From assembly GCA_050949565.1 (NCBI GenBank), contig JBMNFY010000017.1, forward strand, positions 800,001 to 864,000: a stretch of DNA of 64,000 nt. Direction: 5' to 3'. Of this stretch, positions 1 to 9,200 are shown piece after piece (position 1 is the first letter of the stretch; each line of letters begins with the position of its first letter). Both the position numbers and the translations under genes were made by a program. Origin of the DNA: Kiritimatiellia bacterium. GTDB taxonomy: Bacteria > Verrucomicrobiota > Kiritimatiellia > RFP12 > UBA1067. The notes beneath the pieces were generated by a model. That model was not told where the DNA came from, searched no databases, and saw only the letters and a program-made list of their open reading frames with translations.

Positions 1-1689
1 GCTATCTGTTCGAGTGAGCCGGTGCCGACCTTATAACTCCAAACAATATCCCAGTACGCATAACCATCCGTAAAAGGTTGTTCTGCGGCATATCCGCTGA
101 TTGTATCGCCCTGCTCCCAGTTTCCTCGGGTTCCTTTCCCTGAAACCCAGACAGCCCCAGGGCCTAACGGACGTGGCGAGTCTTCCCATGAATCATGCGG
201 GTCAAAAGGGTGGTCGGCAAAATAACCGGGTGGCGTCTGGGTTTGCGCCCCACCTTCACAAACTGCAATGTTATAGAAATTAACTGAGTCCGGTTGAAAG
301 TAAACGTCAGCTCCATACGCAACATGGAAAAAAGACTGATTTGGAAACGAAGAGCCAAACGGCCCCGACATATTTTCAAAAAGAATTCCTTGTGGCTGGA
401 TTATATTTAATGTGATTGAATCTAACGTTGTTCCGGCGTCCGTGGTTGCATTAATCACGGCAACCGCGGTGCGATCAGGGGCGGTAAAGGTGATCGTGTC
501 GCCGGTGTATCCGCTGACTTGCCCCCCTCCTTCTGTCACATTCCAAAGCACTCCGCTCAAGCCCTCGGGAACCAGCGAGAGCTTGACCTCCTCCCCGACT
601 CCGATGGTTTTCCGCGCGCGGTTGGGCGGCGAGGTGGCGACGGTCTCGGTGACGATTCTCGGCACGATGATCCTGCCGGTTTCGCCGATGGTGATGTCAA
701 ACTCGTTGCCGTGCCTCTCCTCCGTCAGCAGGCCGTACGAGTCTTCGACGATGAACGCGCCGGTGCCGTACAGTCCCTCGCGCGCGCCCGCCCACCCGCG
801 CCGAGTCGTTGATCAGCGCCTGCCAGTCGTAATCGGGCTTCGGCGTGTCGTCGTACTCCGGGTCGGTGGCGACCCGCCGTAATTTAAAGGTATACGCCTT
901 GCCTTTGACGAGCGCGTACTCTGCGGAGCCCGGCGTGCCGAAGCCGTCGTCGCAGTGGCGCACGACGGCTTTCCCCGTGGCCACTTCGAACACCTCGAAG
1001 TTCCAGCGCTCGGAATTACTGCTGCTCGGGTCGCCCACGGTGAGACTGAGCGTCACGCAGTTGGCCGGGTTGCCCTCGTCGTCCGGGTCGCAGGGACAGG
1101 AGCCGGGGCTGTGCGGCACCTCGTCGCCGTCCCGGACGCCGTCGCCGTCGGTGTCGGGGTTGGTCGGGTCGGTGCAGTAGCGGTATTCGTCGAGCAGTCC
1201 GAGGCCGTCGCCGTCGGCGTCCCAGACGGGCTGTTCGTCGTGGCGCACTCGCAGGGGCTCAGGCCGTACTGCAGTTCCCAGCCGTCGGGCAGCATGTCGC
1301 CGTCGCTGTCCCAGACCAGCGGGTCCAGACACGGCCAAACGGCCTTCAGGGCGACCTCGTCGCCGTCGGTCAGACCGTCGCCGTCGGTGTCCTCCAACAG
1401 CGGATTGGTATTGTGGACGTTCACCTCGTCGCCGTCTTCGAGGCCGTCGTCATCGGTGTCCTCGTTGAACGGATCCGTGCCGTGCTGATATTCCTGAAGG
1501 TTGGTCAGCCCGTCGTCATCCGGGTCGTCCGCCACGCCGTGTATGCCGTCGGTCTGGACCACGCGCGGGTTGAAATCATAGCGCACCTCCCATCCGTCGG
1601 GCAGGCCGTCGCCGTCGGTGTCGGGGTCCAGCGGATTGGTGTTGTGGACGTTGACCTCATCGCCGTCTGAGAGGCCGTCGCCGTCGGTG
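1..1689 (-). pseudogene. Leaderless orphan cassette: DxDGDG repeats plus conserved pre-toxin domain (two frameshifts), then an alternative C-terminal domain of unknown function that runs off the window
   Basis: 661-1689 is near-identical to ~7075-8088 of the 1717-aa gene, with a 1-bp deletion near 1228 and a 4-bp insertion near 795. After GRIIVPRI a manually translated frame (VTETVATSPPNRARKTIGVGEEVKLSL...QPDSVNFYNIAVCE...GYF...) stays open to base 1. No start or signal peptide. Confidence 0.8.
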
Positions 1690-1729
1690 GCGTCATTTTT
1701 GGGGGCTGAGTCGTGCGCCGAATACGAAC

Positions 1730-2812
1730 TCATGCAGGGCCGCGCTTTCTGCGGAGGCCGAACCACAGCGCTAATACGCCGAGAAGTCCCGCGATGGCGG
1801 CGAGCGCATAGAAACTCTTGCGTCCCGTCTCGGTCGATTTTTCTTGCGCGGCGTCGGTAGTGTCTGGAGCATCCGGCGGCGTCTCAAGGGCGATCCGCCC
1901 TTCTTCCGGCAACGGCTGGCTGAAATCGCGTTCTTTCAGCGCGGAGAGGTTAGTGTTGATACTGCTGAGAACTTTTAACTTGCGCATAGCCTCCAGCCGC
2001 GATTCCAATTCTCGCTTTGTCCGTTCCCGCCGTTCTGGGAACGGTTGTGCAAGAGCTCGTTCCAGCAGGGATAGACGTTCTTTGGATTTGGCGTATGTGG
2101 GGCTCATTTCGCAGAGCCAACCGTCTCCGCTACGGAAGACCCAATGTGTCGTTTCGTGGGACAAGCCGACTTGAAGGGCTTCACAAATGGCCAGTTTTTT
2201 CTCAGGAGACGATTCTTTCCAGGCTGTGTTCGCAACAGCGTAGACTCCAGAACGGTCCATATCGCTTGTCATTCGATCTGGACTGACAAGGAAACGCAAT
2301 AGAGCCCCCTTTGCCTCCTCTGCGTCAGCGACATGTAGGTAGGATGAGATAGCGATGACACGTAAAGTACCGCCCTTTGATGTGTCCGACGCCAAATCCA
2401 GAAGGAACGTTTTTGAGGCGACATCTTCACAAGCACCCAACCAGAAAACGGCACCCCTCATCCACCTTTCCGCATTTTTCAGCACTTGCATGTCCTGCGA
2501 TTCTTGGTTTCTTGCTTGTATCGTCGCTTCCGCTTCCCGATAGATATCTATCAACACCGCATGAAACCGTTCATCCGAAATGTTGGTGTCTTTCTTGAAC
2601 CTGACACCTTCGCTCCAGATGGACCAGTCTTCCGTCACCACGTCCACATCATGATCCACCATAAATTCCCGCCTGAGCATAGATTTCAAGTTTTCATCGT
2701 CTGGTGCCGATTCCTGTCGTGCGGTCTGGCCGAGAACTGGCTCCGCGCCATCCAGCGGAGTGACACAGGAAGCCGCAAACAACAGAACTATTCTAAACAA
2801 GATTCGCTTCAT
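1730..2812 (-). CDS. Exported, C-terminally membrane-anchored helical protein; putative immunity protein for the metallopeptidase cassette
   Basis: RBS-like AAAGGAG upstream, N-terminal signal MKRILFRIVLLFAASC, C-terminal TM helix with basic tail LRRKRGPA. Starts 12 bp after the cassette stop. Lower GC than the repeat-coding DNA. Confidence 0.75.
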   Translation of the reverse strand: MKRILFRIVLLFAASCVTPLDGAEPVLGQTARQESAPDDENLKSMLRREFMVDHDVDVVTEDWSIWSEGVRFKKDTNISDERFHAVLIDIYREAEATIQARNQESQDMQVLKNAERWMRGAVFWLGACEDVASKTFLLDLASDTSKGGTLRVIAISSYLHVADAEEAKGALLRFLVSPDRMTSDMDRSGVYAVANTAWKESSPEKKLAICEALQVGLSHETTHWVFRSGDGWLCEMSPTYAKSKERLSLLERALAQPFPERRERTKRELESRLEAMRKLKVLSSINTNLSALKERDFSQPLPEEGRIALETPPDAPDTTDAAQEKSTETGRKSFYALAAIAGLLGVLALWFGLRRKRGPA

Positions 2813-2824
2813 GACACGCTCCTT

Positions 2825-4267
2825 TCAATGTCTGGGTTCCCGGAAACCCATAGCGTCCAGCCCCACGCCGACCGGGTAGGGATCCGGCAGGGCGGGGCCG
2901 GTTCCCGACACGTTGCCGATCGCGATATCCCACTTCTGCGGATTCGCCAAGTAGAACATCAGCAGACGCTGCACCAGTTCGCCATGCGTGAGGCCGGGAT
3001 CATGGTGTCCCGTGCCCTCCCCGCCGCTCCAGTTGGATGATCCGGAGCGGGCTTCGCTCACGGCATCATTGGCGCGATCATAGCGGATATCGCTCATGCC
3101 GCACGCATGCCCGATCTCGTGCGCCAGCGTACTCAGAGGTGCGCCTGATTCTACCGCCAACCCGCGTCGTGGGTCGCCGTACGCAAGATTCATGTCTGAA
3201 TGAATGCCAGCGGCGGACATATAGGTAATGTTATCAACGCAGTACAACTCAAGTCCGCCTGTCAAATTAGTATAAGAGCACATTTGACGGAATTCAGTGG
3301 AGTTTTCAATTACGAACCATTCGTCATGGTCGTGTACATGCTCTATCCCTGCCACATAGAAGCTCATGGCCGCTTGTTTGTAGATGCGGTTGGCTTCGGC
3401 GATCCAAGCGTCGACCGTGTCGGTGCTGACCGCCGCCACACCGTTGGAGTCGCAGATGATGTAGGCATGGATCGGCGTGACGGTCGGCTCCAGCACCCGC
3501 CCGTGGATGTAGGGACAGTCGGTCTCGGGCACGTCGCCGATCCGCACCTCCAGCTTGAAGTCCGATTCCACGGCCCCGCCCCGAATGATCGCCTCGCGCC
3601 CGGTGTTGTGGTTGCTGTAGAAGGTCACGCCGCCGTGGGCGACACTCCAGTGGATGTCCCCGTCCGTGACCGCGTCCTCCGGATCGACCTCGACGCGGTA
3701 CACCGCCAGCCCGCCCGCCGCCACGCCGGAGGGGTTGACGATGACGCCCGCGCCGACCGTGCCGCACGTGATGGGCTCCAGCTTGATCCTCGGCACGATG
3801 ATCCTGCCCTCTTTGCCGACCGTCATGTTGTTGAGTCCACCGTCCGTGTGTTCGGTCAGAAGCTGATCCGGATCTTCGACGATGAACGCGCCAGTATCGT
3901 ACAGTCCCTCGCGCGCGCCCGCCTCGTCCGAGCCGTTGATCAGCGCCTGCCAATCGAAGTCGGGGCCGTAAGAGCCAAGGTTGGTGGCGACCCATTTCAG
4001 GCTGAAGGTGTACGCCTTGCCCTTGACCAGCGCGTACTCTGCGGAGCCGGGCGTGCCGAAGTTTTGGTCGCAGTGGTGGTAGACGGCTTTTCCCGTGGCC
4101 TCCTCGAAGACATCCAGGTTCCAGCGCTCGGAATGGCTTCCGCTCGAGTCGCCCACGGTGAGTTTCAGCGTCACGCAGTTGGTGGAACTCCCGCCGTCCG
4201 AGGCGTCGGTCGGACAGGAACCGGGGCTGTGCGGCACCTCGTCGCCATCCCAGACGCCGTCGCCGTC
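2825..4267 (-). CDS. Leaderless orphan cassette: conserved pre-toxin domain plus Ig-like spacer and zinc metallopeptidase tip (HEIGHACGMSD)
   Basis: Homology to the 1717-aa protein starts abruptly at DGDGVWDGDEVPHSPGSC and ends at GRIIVPRI. The tip has a metzincin-type HExxHxxGxxD motif near 3090-3121. The N-terminal part of the ORF-track call (up to 4486) overlaps the upstream gene and is not credible. Confidence 0.75.
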   Translation of the reverse strand, partial: DGDGVWDGDEVPHSPGSCPTDASDGGSSTNCVTLKLTVGDSSGSHSERWNLDVFEEATGKAVYHHCDQNFGTPGSAEYALVKGKAYTFSLKWVATNLGSYGPDFDWQALINGSDEAGAREGLYDTGAFIVEDPDQLLTEHTDGGLNNMTVGKEGRIIVPRIKLEPITCGTVGAGVIVNPSGVAAGGLAVYRVEVDPEDAVTDGDIHWSVAHGGVTFYSNHNTGREAIIRGGAVESDFKLEVRIGDVPETDCPYIHGRVLEPTVTPIHAYIICDSNGVAAVSTDTVDAWIAEANRIYKQAAMSFYVAGIEHVHDHDEWFVIENSTEFRQMCSYTNLTGGLELYCVDNITYMSAAGIHSDMNLAYGDPRRGLAVESGAPLSTLAHEIGHACGMSDIRYDRANDAVSEARSGSSNWSGGEGTGHHDPGLTHGELVQRLLMFYLANPQKWDIAIGNVSGTGPALPDPYPVGVGLDAMGFREPRH

Positions 4268-4383
4268 CAGGTTGAACGGGTTTTTGTGTGTGTCTCGCAT
4301 CTTTCGAAAAGCTCCACATTCGCGGGCTTTTGCTCTCATCGATATTGCTCCAAGTTTTTTTGAGAAAACCACTCGTGCTGGTA

Positions 4384-5244
4384 CTATTCGAAACGCTCTT
4401 GTGTTTTTCTGCAAAACAACAACAAAAACCCGACACACACAAGGATTGCAATACATCCCAAAAGCACAACCAGCACAAGCCTGCAACTATGTTTTTTCGG
4501 ATGGGTTTGTTCACAAGGGGCTTCGACCAGCGTTTCTTCGGTACGATCAATGATGGAAGGATTGATTGGTCTCGCTTCAGTGACGGATAAAGTTCCTAAT
4601 GTGCCTTGCGAAGCAGATTTCTGGACGATTGGCTTTCGGGGCTGTTTGGAATTGGCTACTTGATCCTCTCGCATCGCCGCCTCGAACTGTTCCAGTTTCC
4701 TGCGGCTCTCACCTGTAAGCAGACGGTCATATTGATCTACTAAGTCTGGCCGATCATGAAATATCTTTCGAGACCGGACCACTATACCTTGAATGTCTGG
4801 TTTGTCATACTCGCGAACAAGGAGCCCAGACAAGCGCCCTTCCGTTGGACTCTGGGCCCATTTAAAGAACTTCCTGTCAATCTTACCAGCTTCCACGGCA
4901 TCTGCCATTGCATTCAAGAACGCGACGAACGTGGCCCTTGTCATTTCCCACGTAGACATGGCGATAATGGCTATTTGGTAGTCATTGGACGTTATCTCAT
5001 CAAGATGCGTAAGGATGAATTCAGACGAAGCCGCCAATTCTTTCTGGAAGGCAACATAGGCCTCTTTTTTCCCAAGGATAAAATAACTGTCGATAAAGCC
5101 CACCCCATCCTCAATGCCCATCCTTCGGGCTTCTGCTTCAAGGCGTTGAACACGTTCTCGATAATAAGCAATACTGTTCGCCTGTATGGCTATGGGGATC
5201 ATGCTTACACTTATCAACGCGAGTAATGGCAGAAACATTTTCAT
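4384..5244 (-). CDS. Exported membrane-anchored protein, paralog of 5403-6236; putative orphan immunity protein
   Basis: Signal peptide and C-terminal TM helix. Shares blocks with 5403-6236 (IDRKFFKWAQSPTEGRL vs LDRKFFMWAQFPPEGGL; YDRLLTGESRRKLE vs YDAMLTGESKKKLE). ATGA overlap with the upstream toxin-tail remnant. Confidence 0.8.
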   Translation of the reverse strand: MKMFLPLLALISVSMIPIAIQANSIAYYRERVQRLEAEARRMGIEDGVGFIDSYFILGKKEAYVAFQKELAASSEFILTHLDEITSNDYQIAIIAMSTWEMTRATFVAFLNAMADAVEAGKIDRKFFKWAQSPTEGRLSGLLVREYDKPDIQGIVVRSRKIFHDRPDLVDQYDRLLTGESRRKLEQFEAAMREDQVANSKQPRKPIVQKSASQGTLGTLSVTEARPINPSIIDRTEETLVEAPCEQTHPKKHSCRLVLVVLLGCIAILVCVGFLLLFCRKTQERFE

Positions 5245-5333
5245 GGCTCATACTTCCTGAATCCTGATGTCCCGTCAAGGAAGAAACGGTACTTCTTGTT
5301 TACTGTTCCGGACACGGAACCTGCACCGATCCC
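5241..5333 (-). pseudogene. 30-codon remnant of a variant NlpC/P60-like toxin C-terminus
   Basis: Manual translation GIGAGSVSGTVNKKYRFFLDGTSGFRKYEP* matches the end of the 1717-aa protein, GIATGSLAGKIHKKYPAFLDGTSGFRKYEP*. Too short for the ORF track. Confidence 0.85.
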
Positions 5334-5402
5334 GTGATCAAGGGCCGGAAGGCAGAGTCGGATCGTGTCGATTTGCAAACGATAGTTCACAGGGCAATCA
5401 CT

Positions 5403-6236
5403 TCAGAGGCTTCGCAAGAACCAGACCGCAAAGGTGACGATAAAAACCAATGCCACGACAAGCAGGAGCCACACAAAGCCCGACCCCCGAATGGGCGTTG
5501 GAACCGGTGGCAATGGAGGCGCTATCTCATTGCTAACGTTGGAGCCGTATGACTCCAGCGATGTCCGCTCGGTTTGCGTGCACATCGAGGCGGCATGGTT
5601 GTTCGCAGGCGATTTTTCGTTGTTTTGATGTCGAATCGTCCGGCCAGAAGATGGAGGAGCCAATCGTGCCTCATAGTCCTCGAGTTTCTTTTTGCTCTCG
5701 CCCGTCAGCATCGCATCGTAGGTAGCGATCTTCTCAGGGACATCCTGAAATATCTTCTTCGCGCGCATTATGACGGTCTGCGCCTTGCTGTCTGCATGAT
5801 GCTTTATCAACACATTACACAGCCCGCCCTCTGGGGGAAATTGCGCCCACATGAAAAACTTCCTGTCAAGAGTCCCGCTTTCGACAAGTTCGGCAACAGT
5901 GTCAAGGAAATCCAAATAGGATGACACAGCCATTCTGCCGGTAGAGATCATAACCATTGCTTTCCCTGACTCGGTTGGCGCCACTTCATCCAAGTGATGA
6001 AGAACAAACGGCCACGCCTCAACCATCTTGTCTTGGAGAGCGACGCATTCCGCTTTGCGATGTATAACGTGGAACACGTCACCAAGCCCCTCGGCATCAC
6101 GCGCCCCAATAGAACGAGCCTGCATCTCGGCACCGGAAACAAGCCCCCGGATGCTTGCGATTTCATTTGAATCGTCAGCCGAGGCAATCATGGTTCCTTT
6201 AAGCGCCAACGCCAAAAGTACTAATGTTAATTTCAT
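5403..6236 (-). CDS. Exported membrane-anchored protein; putative cognate immunity protein of the 1717-aa protein
   Basis: ATGA overlap with the stop of 6233-11386, signal peptide MKLTLVLLALALKGTMIASA, Pro-rich linker, C-terminal TM helix. Confidence 0.8.
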   Translation of the reverse strand: MKLTLVLLALALKGTMIASADDSNEIASIRGLVSGAEMQARSIGARDAEGLGDVFHVIHRKAECVALQDKMVEAWPFVLHHLDEVAPTESGKAMVMISTGRMAVSSYLDFLDTVAELVESGTLDRKFFMWAQFPPEGGLCNVLIKHHADSKAQTVIMRAKKIFQDVPEKIATYDAMLTGESKKKLEDYEARLAPPSSGRTIRHQNNEKSPANNHAASMCTQTERTSLESYGSNVSNEIAPPLPPVPTPIRGSGFVWLLLVVALVFIVTFAVWFLRSL

Positions 6237-9200
6237 GGTTCGTACTTCCTAAACCCCGATGTTCCATCAAGAAAGGCTGGATACTTCTTATGTATCTTCC
6301 CGGCGAGAGAACCAGTGGCAATACCCTGTCCATCGTAGTCCACGATGCCCACATGGCCGGAACCAGCAGGGTTTGGATGGCCGACTATGAATCCGGGTTG
6401 TGGATAGGTTGGGTTCGGAATGAGAATCCAGTGATCAATATCCGTCTGTACACCCGGCGGGAAAATGGGGTGCGTGTCATCTTGGCCTGCCCATTGGTTC
6501 GCTGATGGCGGGTCTCCTCCTAGGTAGCCGCCAATCAAAGGAACCGTCGCTCCTGCTTGCGCAGCTCGATGAGCCACGAAAATGTTGCATTTGTTGGCAC
6601 CTGCAGCAACCTCTGGAAACCCGTACTGAGCGGGAACGACATCAGAAACCTCGTAGTCGGAGTTTCCCAAAAAACCCTTTGCCGCATTCCTGATGTTAAC
6701 TTGCATCTGTGTGTCCGCGACACCGAAGGCATCAGGATCGCCAGCCATTCCATAACCGTTAGCCTCATCACTCGTACGCTCATACACCTTTTCACACGAT
6801 ACAGTTCCTTCGGCACTGAGAACGGCCTTGATTCTGAACACTCCGCTTTGGGTTGTCGTGTGGGTATATGTCTTGCCGCTGGCCGATGTCCCGAAACTAG
6901 TCCAAGCCTCCCACAATCCATCTGCTTTAAGTCTTTGATAATACCACTTTGGTTCTTCGGCAGGTGGCACGTAGGAGTCTGGAAGAATATTTGCCTTCAT
7001 GGTAACGTTGTTTCCCTTCTTCACCACGAGCCCGTCGGGAGGTGCTCCGACCAGCTCAACAGATTCAATCTTCGGCACGATGATCCTGCCGGTTTCGCCG
7101 ATGGTGATGTCAAACTCGTTGCCGTGCCTCTCCTCCGTCAGCAGGCCGTACGAGTCCTCGACGATGAACGCGCCGGTGCCGTAGAGCCCCTCGCGCGCGC
7201 CCGCCCGCGCCGAGTCGTTGATCAGCGCCTGCCAGTCGAAATCGTGCCCCTCATCAAGGTTGGTGCCGATCCACCGCAGGCTGAAGATGTACGCCTTGCC
7301 CTTGACCAGCGCGTACTCCGCGCTGCCCGGCGTGCCGAATCCGTCGTCGCAGTGGCGCACGACATCCCTCCCGGTGATCTCTTCGAACACCTCGAAGTTC
7401 CAGCGCTCGGAATTACTGCTGCTCGGGTCGCCCACGGTGAGACTGAGCGTCACGCAGTTGGCCGGGTTGCCCTCGTCGTCCGGGTCGCAGGGACAGGAGC
7501 CGGGGCTGTGCGGCACCTCGTCGCCGTCCCAGACGCCGTCGCCGTCGGTGTCGGGGTTGGTCGGGTCGGTGCAGTAGCGGTATTCGTCGAGCAGTCCGAG
7601 GCCGTCGCCGTCGGCGTCCCAGGCGGGGCTGTTCGTCGCGGCGCACTCGCAGGGGCTGAGGCCGTACTGCAGTTCCCATCCGTCGGGCAGCATGTCGCCG
7701 TCGCAGTCCCAGACCAGCGGGTCCAGGCACGGCCAAACGGCCTTCAGGGCGACCTCGTCGCCGTCGGTCAGACCATCGCCGTCGGTGTCCTCCAACAGCG
7801 GATTGGTATTGTGGACGTTCACCTCGTCGCCGTCTTCGAGGCCGTCGTCATCGGTGTCTTCGTTGAACGGATCCGTGCCGTGCTGATATTCCTGAAGGTT
7901 GGTCAGCCCGTCGTCATCCGGGTCGTCCGCCGCGCCGTGTGTGCCGTCGGTCTGGACCACGCACGGGTTGAAATCATAGCGCACCTCCCAGCCGTCGGGC
8001 AGGCCGTCGCCGTCGGTGTCGGGATCCAGCGGATTGGTGTTGTGGACGTTGACCTCATCGCCGTCTGAAAGGCCGTCGCCGTCGGTGTCCCGCTTCCGGG
8101 GCTTTGTGCCGCGCTGATATTCCTGAAGGTTGGTCAGCCCGTCGTCATCCGGGTCGCCGTCCGCGCCGTCATCGCCCGACGCGGAAAGCGGGTTCAAGCC
8201 GTTGTCGACCTCCCATCCGTCGGGCAGGCCGTCGCCGTCGGTGTCCTTCAGCAATGGATCGGTGCCGTGGACGTTGACCTCGTCGCCGTCCGAAAGGCCG
8301 TCGCCGTCGGTGTCGGCGTTCAGCGGGTCGGTGAAAGTCTGCGGGCCGCCGACCAGAGCCAGCGAAAAGGTTATGCCGCCCCCCAGATAGCGGACCGTGC
8401 CGTCCGTGAAGGAGCGCCCTTCGGCCTGGCCCGAGCCGTTCGCTCCCCACGCGGCCACCTCTCCCGTCCCCGTGCAGGCGAGCGTGTGGTGGGCGCCCGC
8501 GCCGATCAGGGTGGCCGGCCCGAGACCCGGCGGGACTTGGTTCTGGCCGGATGCGCCGTCGCCCCAGCAGACGACCGCGCCGTCGGCGGTCAGCGCCGCG
8601 GTGTGGTCCCCCGCCGCCGCGACGGTGACGGCGTTTGTCAAGTCCGGCGGCACATCGCACTGGCGGGCGCTGTTCTGACCCCAGCAGACGACCGCGCCGT
8701 CGGCGGTCAGCGCCGCCGTGTGGAAGAAGCCCGCCGCGACGGCGACGGCGTTCGTCAGCCCGGCGGGCACGTCGCACTGATGGACATAGTTCTGACCCCA
8801 GCAGACCACCGTGCCGTCGGCGCGCAGCGCAGCGGTGTGGTAGGCGCCGGCGGTCACGGCCGAAACGTTCGTGGCCGAGTCCGGCGGCGTCAGCACATAA
8901 TGGCCCCCGCCGCCCCAGCAGACGACCGTGCCGTCGGCGCGCAGCGCCACGCTGTGCTCATCGCCGGCGGCGGCGGAAACGATGTTGGTCGCCTGCGGCG
9001 GCGGCGAGCACTGCCCGCGGTTGTTCCTGCCCCAGCAGACGGCCGTGCCGTCCCCCCTCACGGCGACCGTGTGGAAGAACGCTGCGGCGGCCTCCTTCAC
9101 ATTGAGCAGCCAGGCCGGGCGGGGGGCGGCGTCCGCCCCCGCGTACGGCGCGCCCCACTCGACGACGCGGTATCCCGCCGCCTCCAGGCTGTCGGAAAGG

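Noticed and set aside
4268-4486. N-terminal extension of ORF 2825-4486
   Set aside because: It overlaps the 3' end of gene 4384-5244 on the same strand and has no homology to the scaffold or signal features.
661-8088. DGR-type TR/VR relationship between the toxin scaffold and its cassettes
   Set aside because: The differences include indels and non-adenine changes, and whole domains are swapped, which fits recombination cassettes better.
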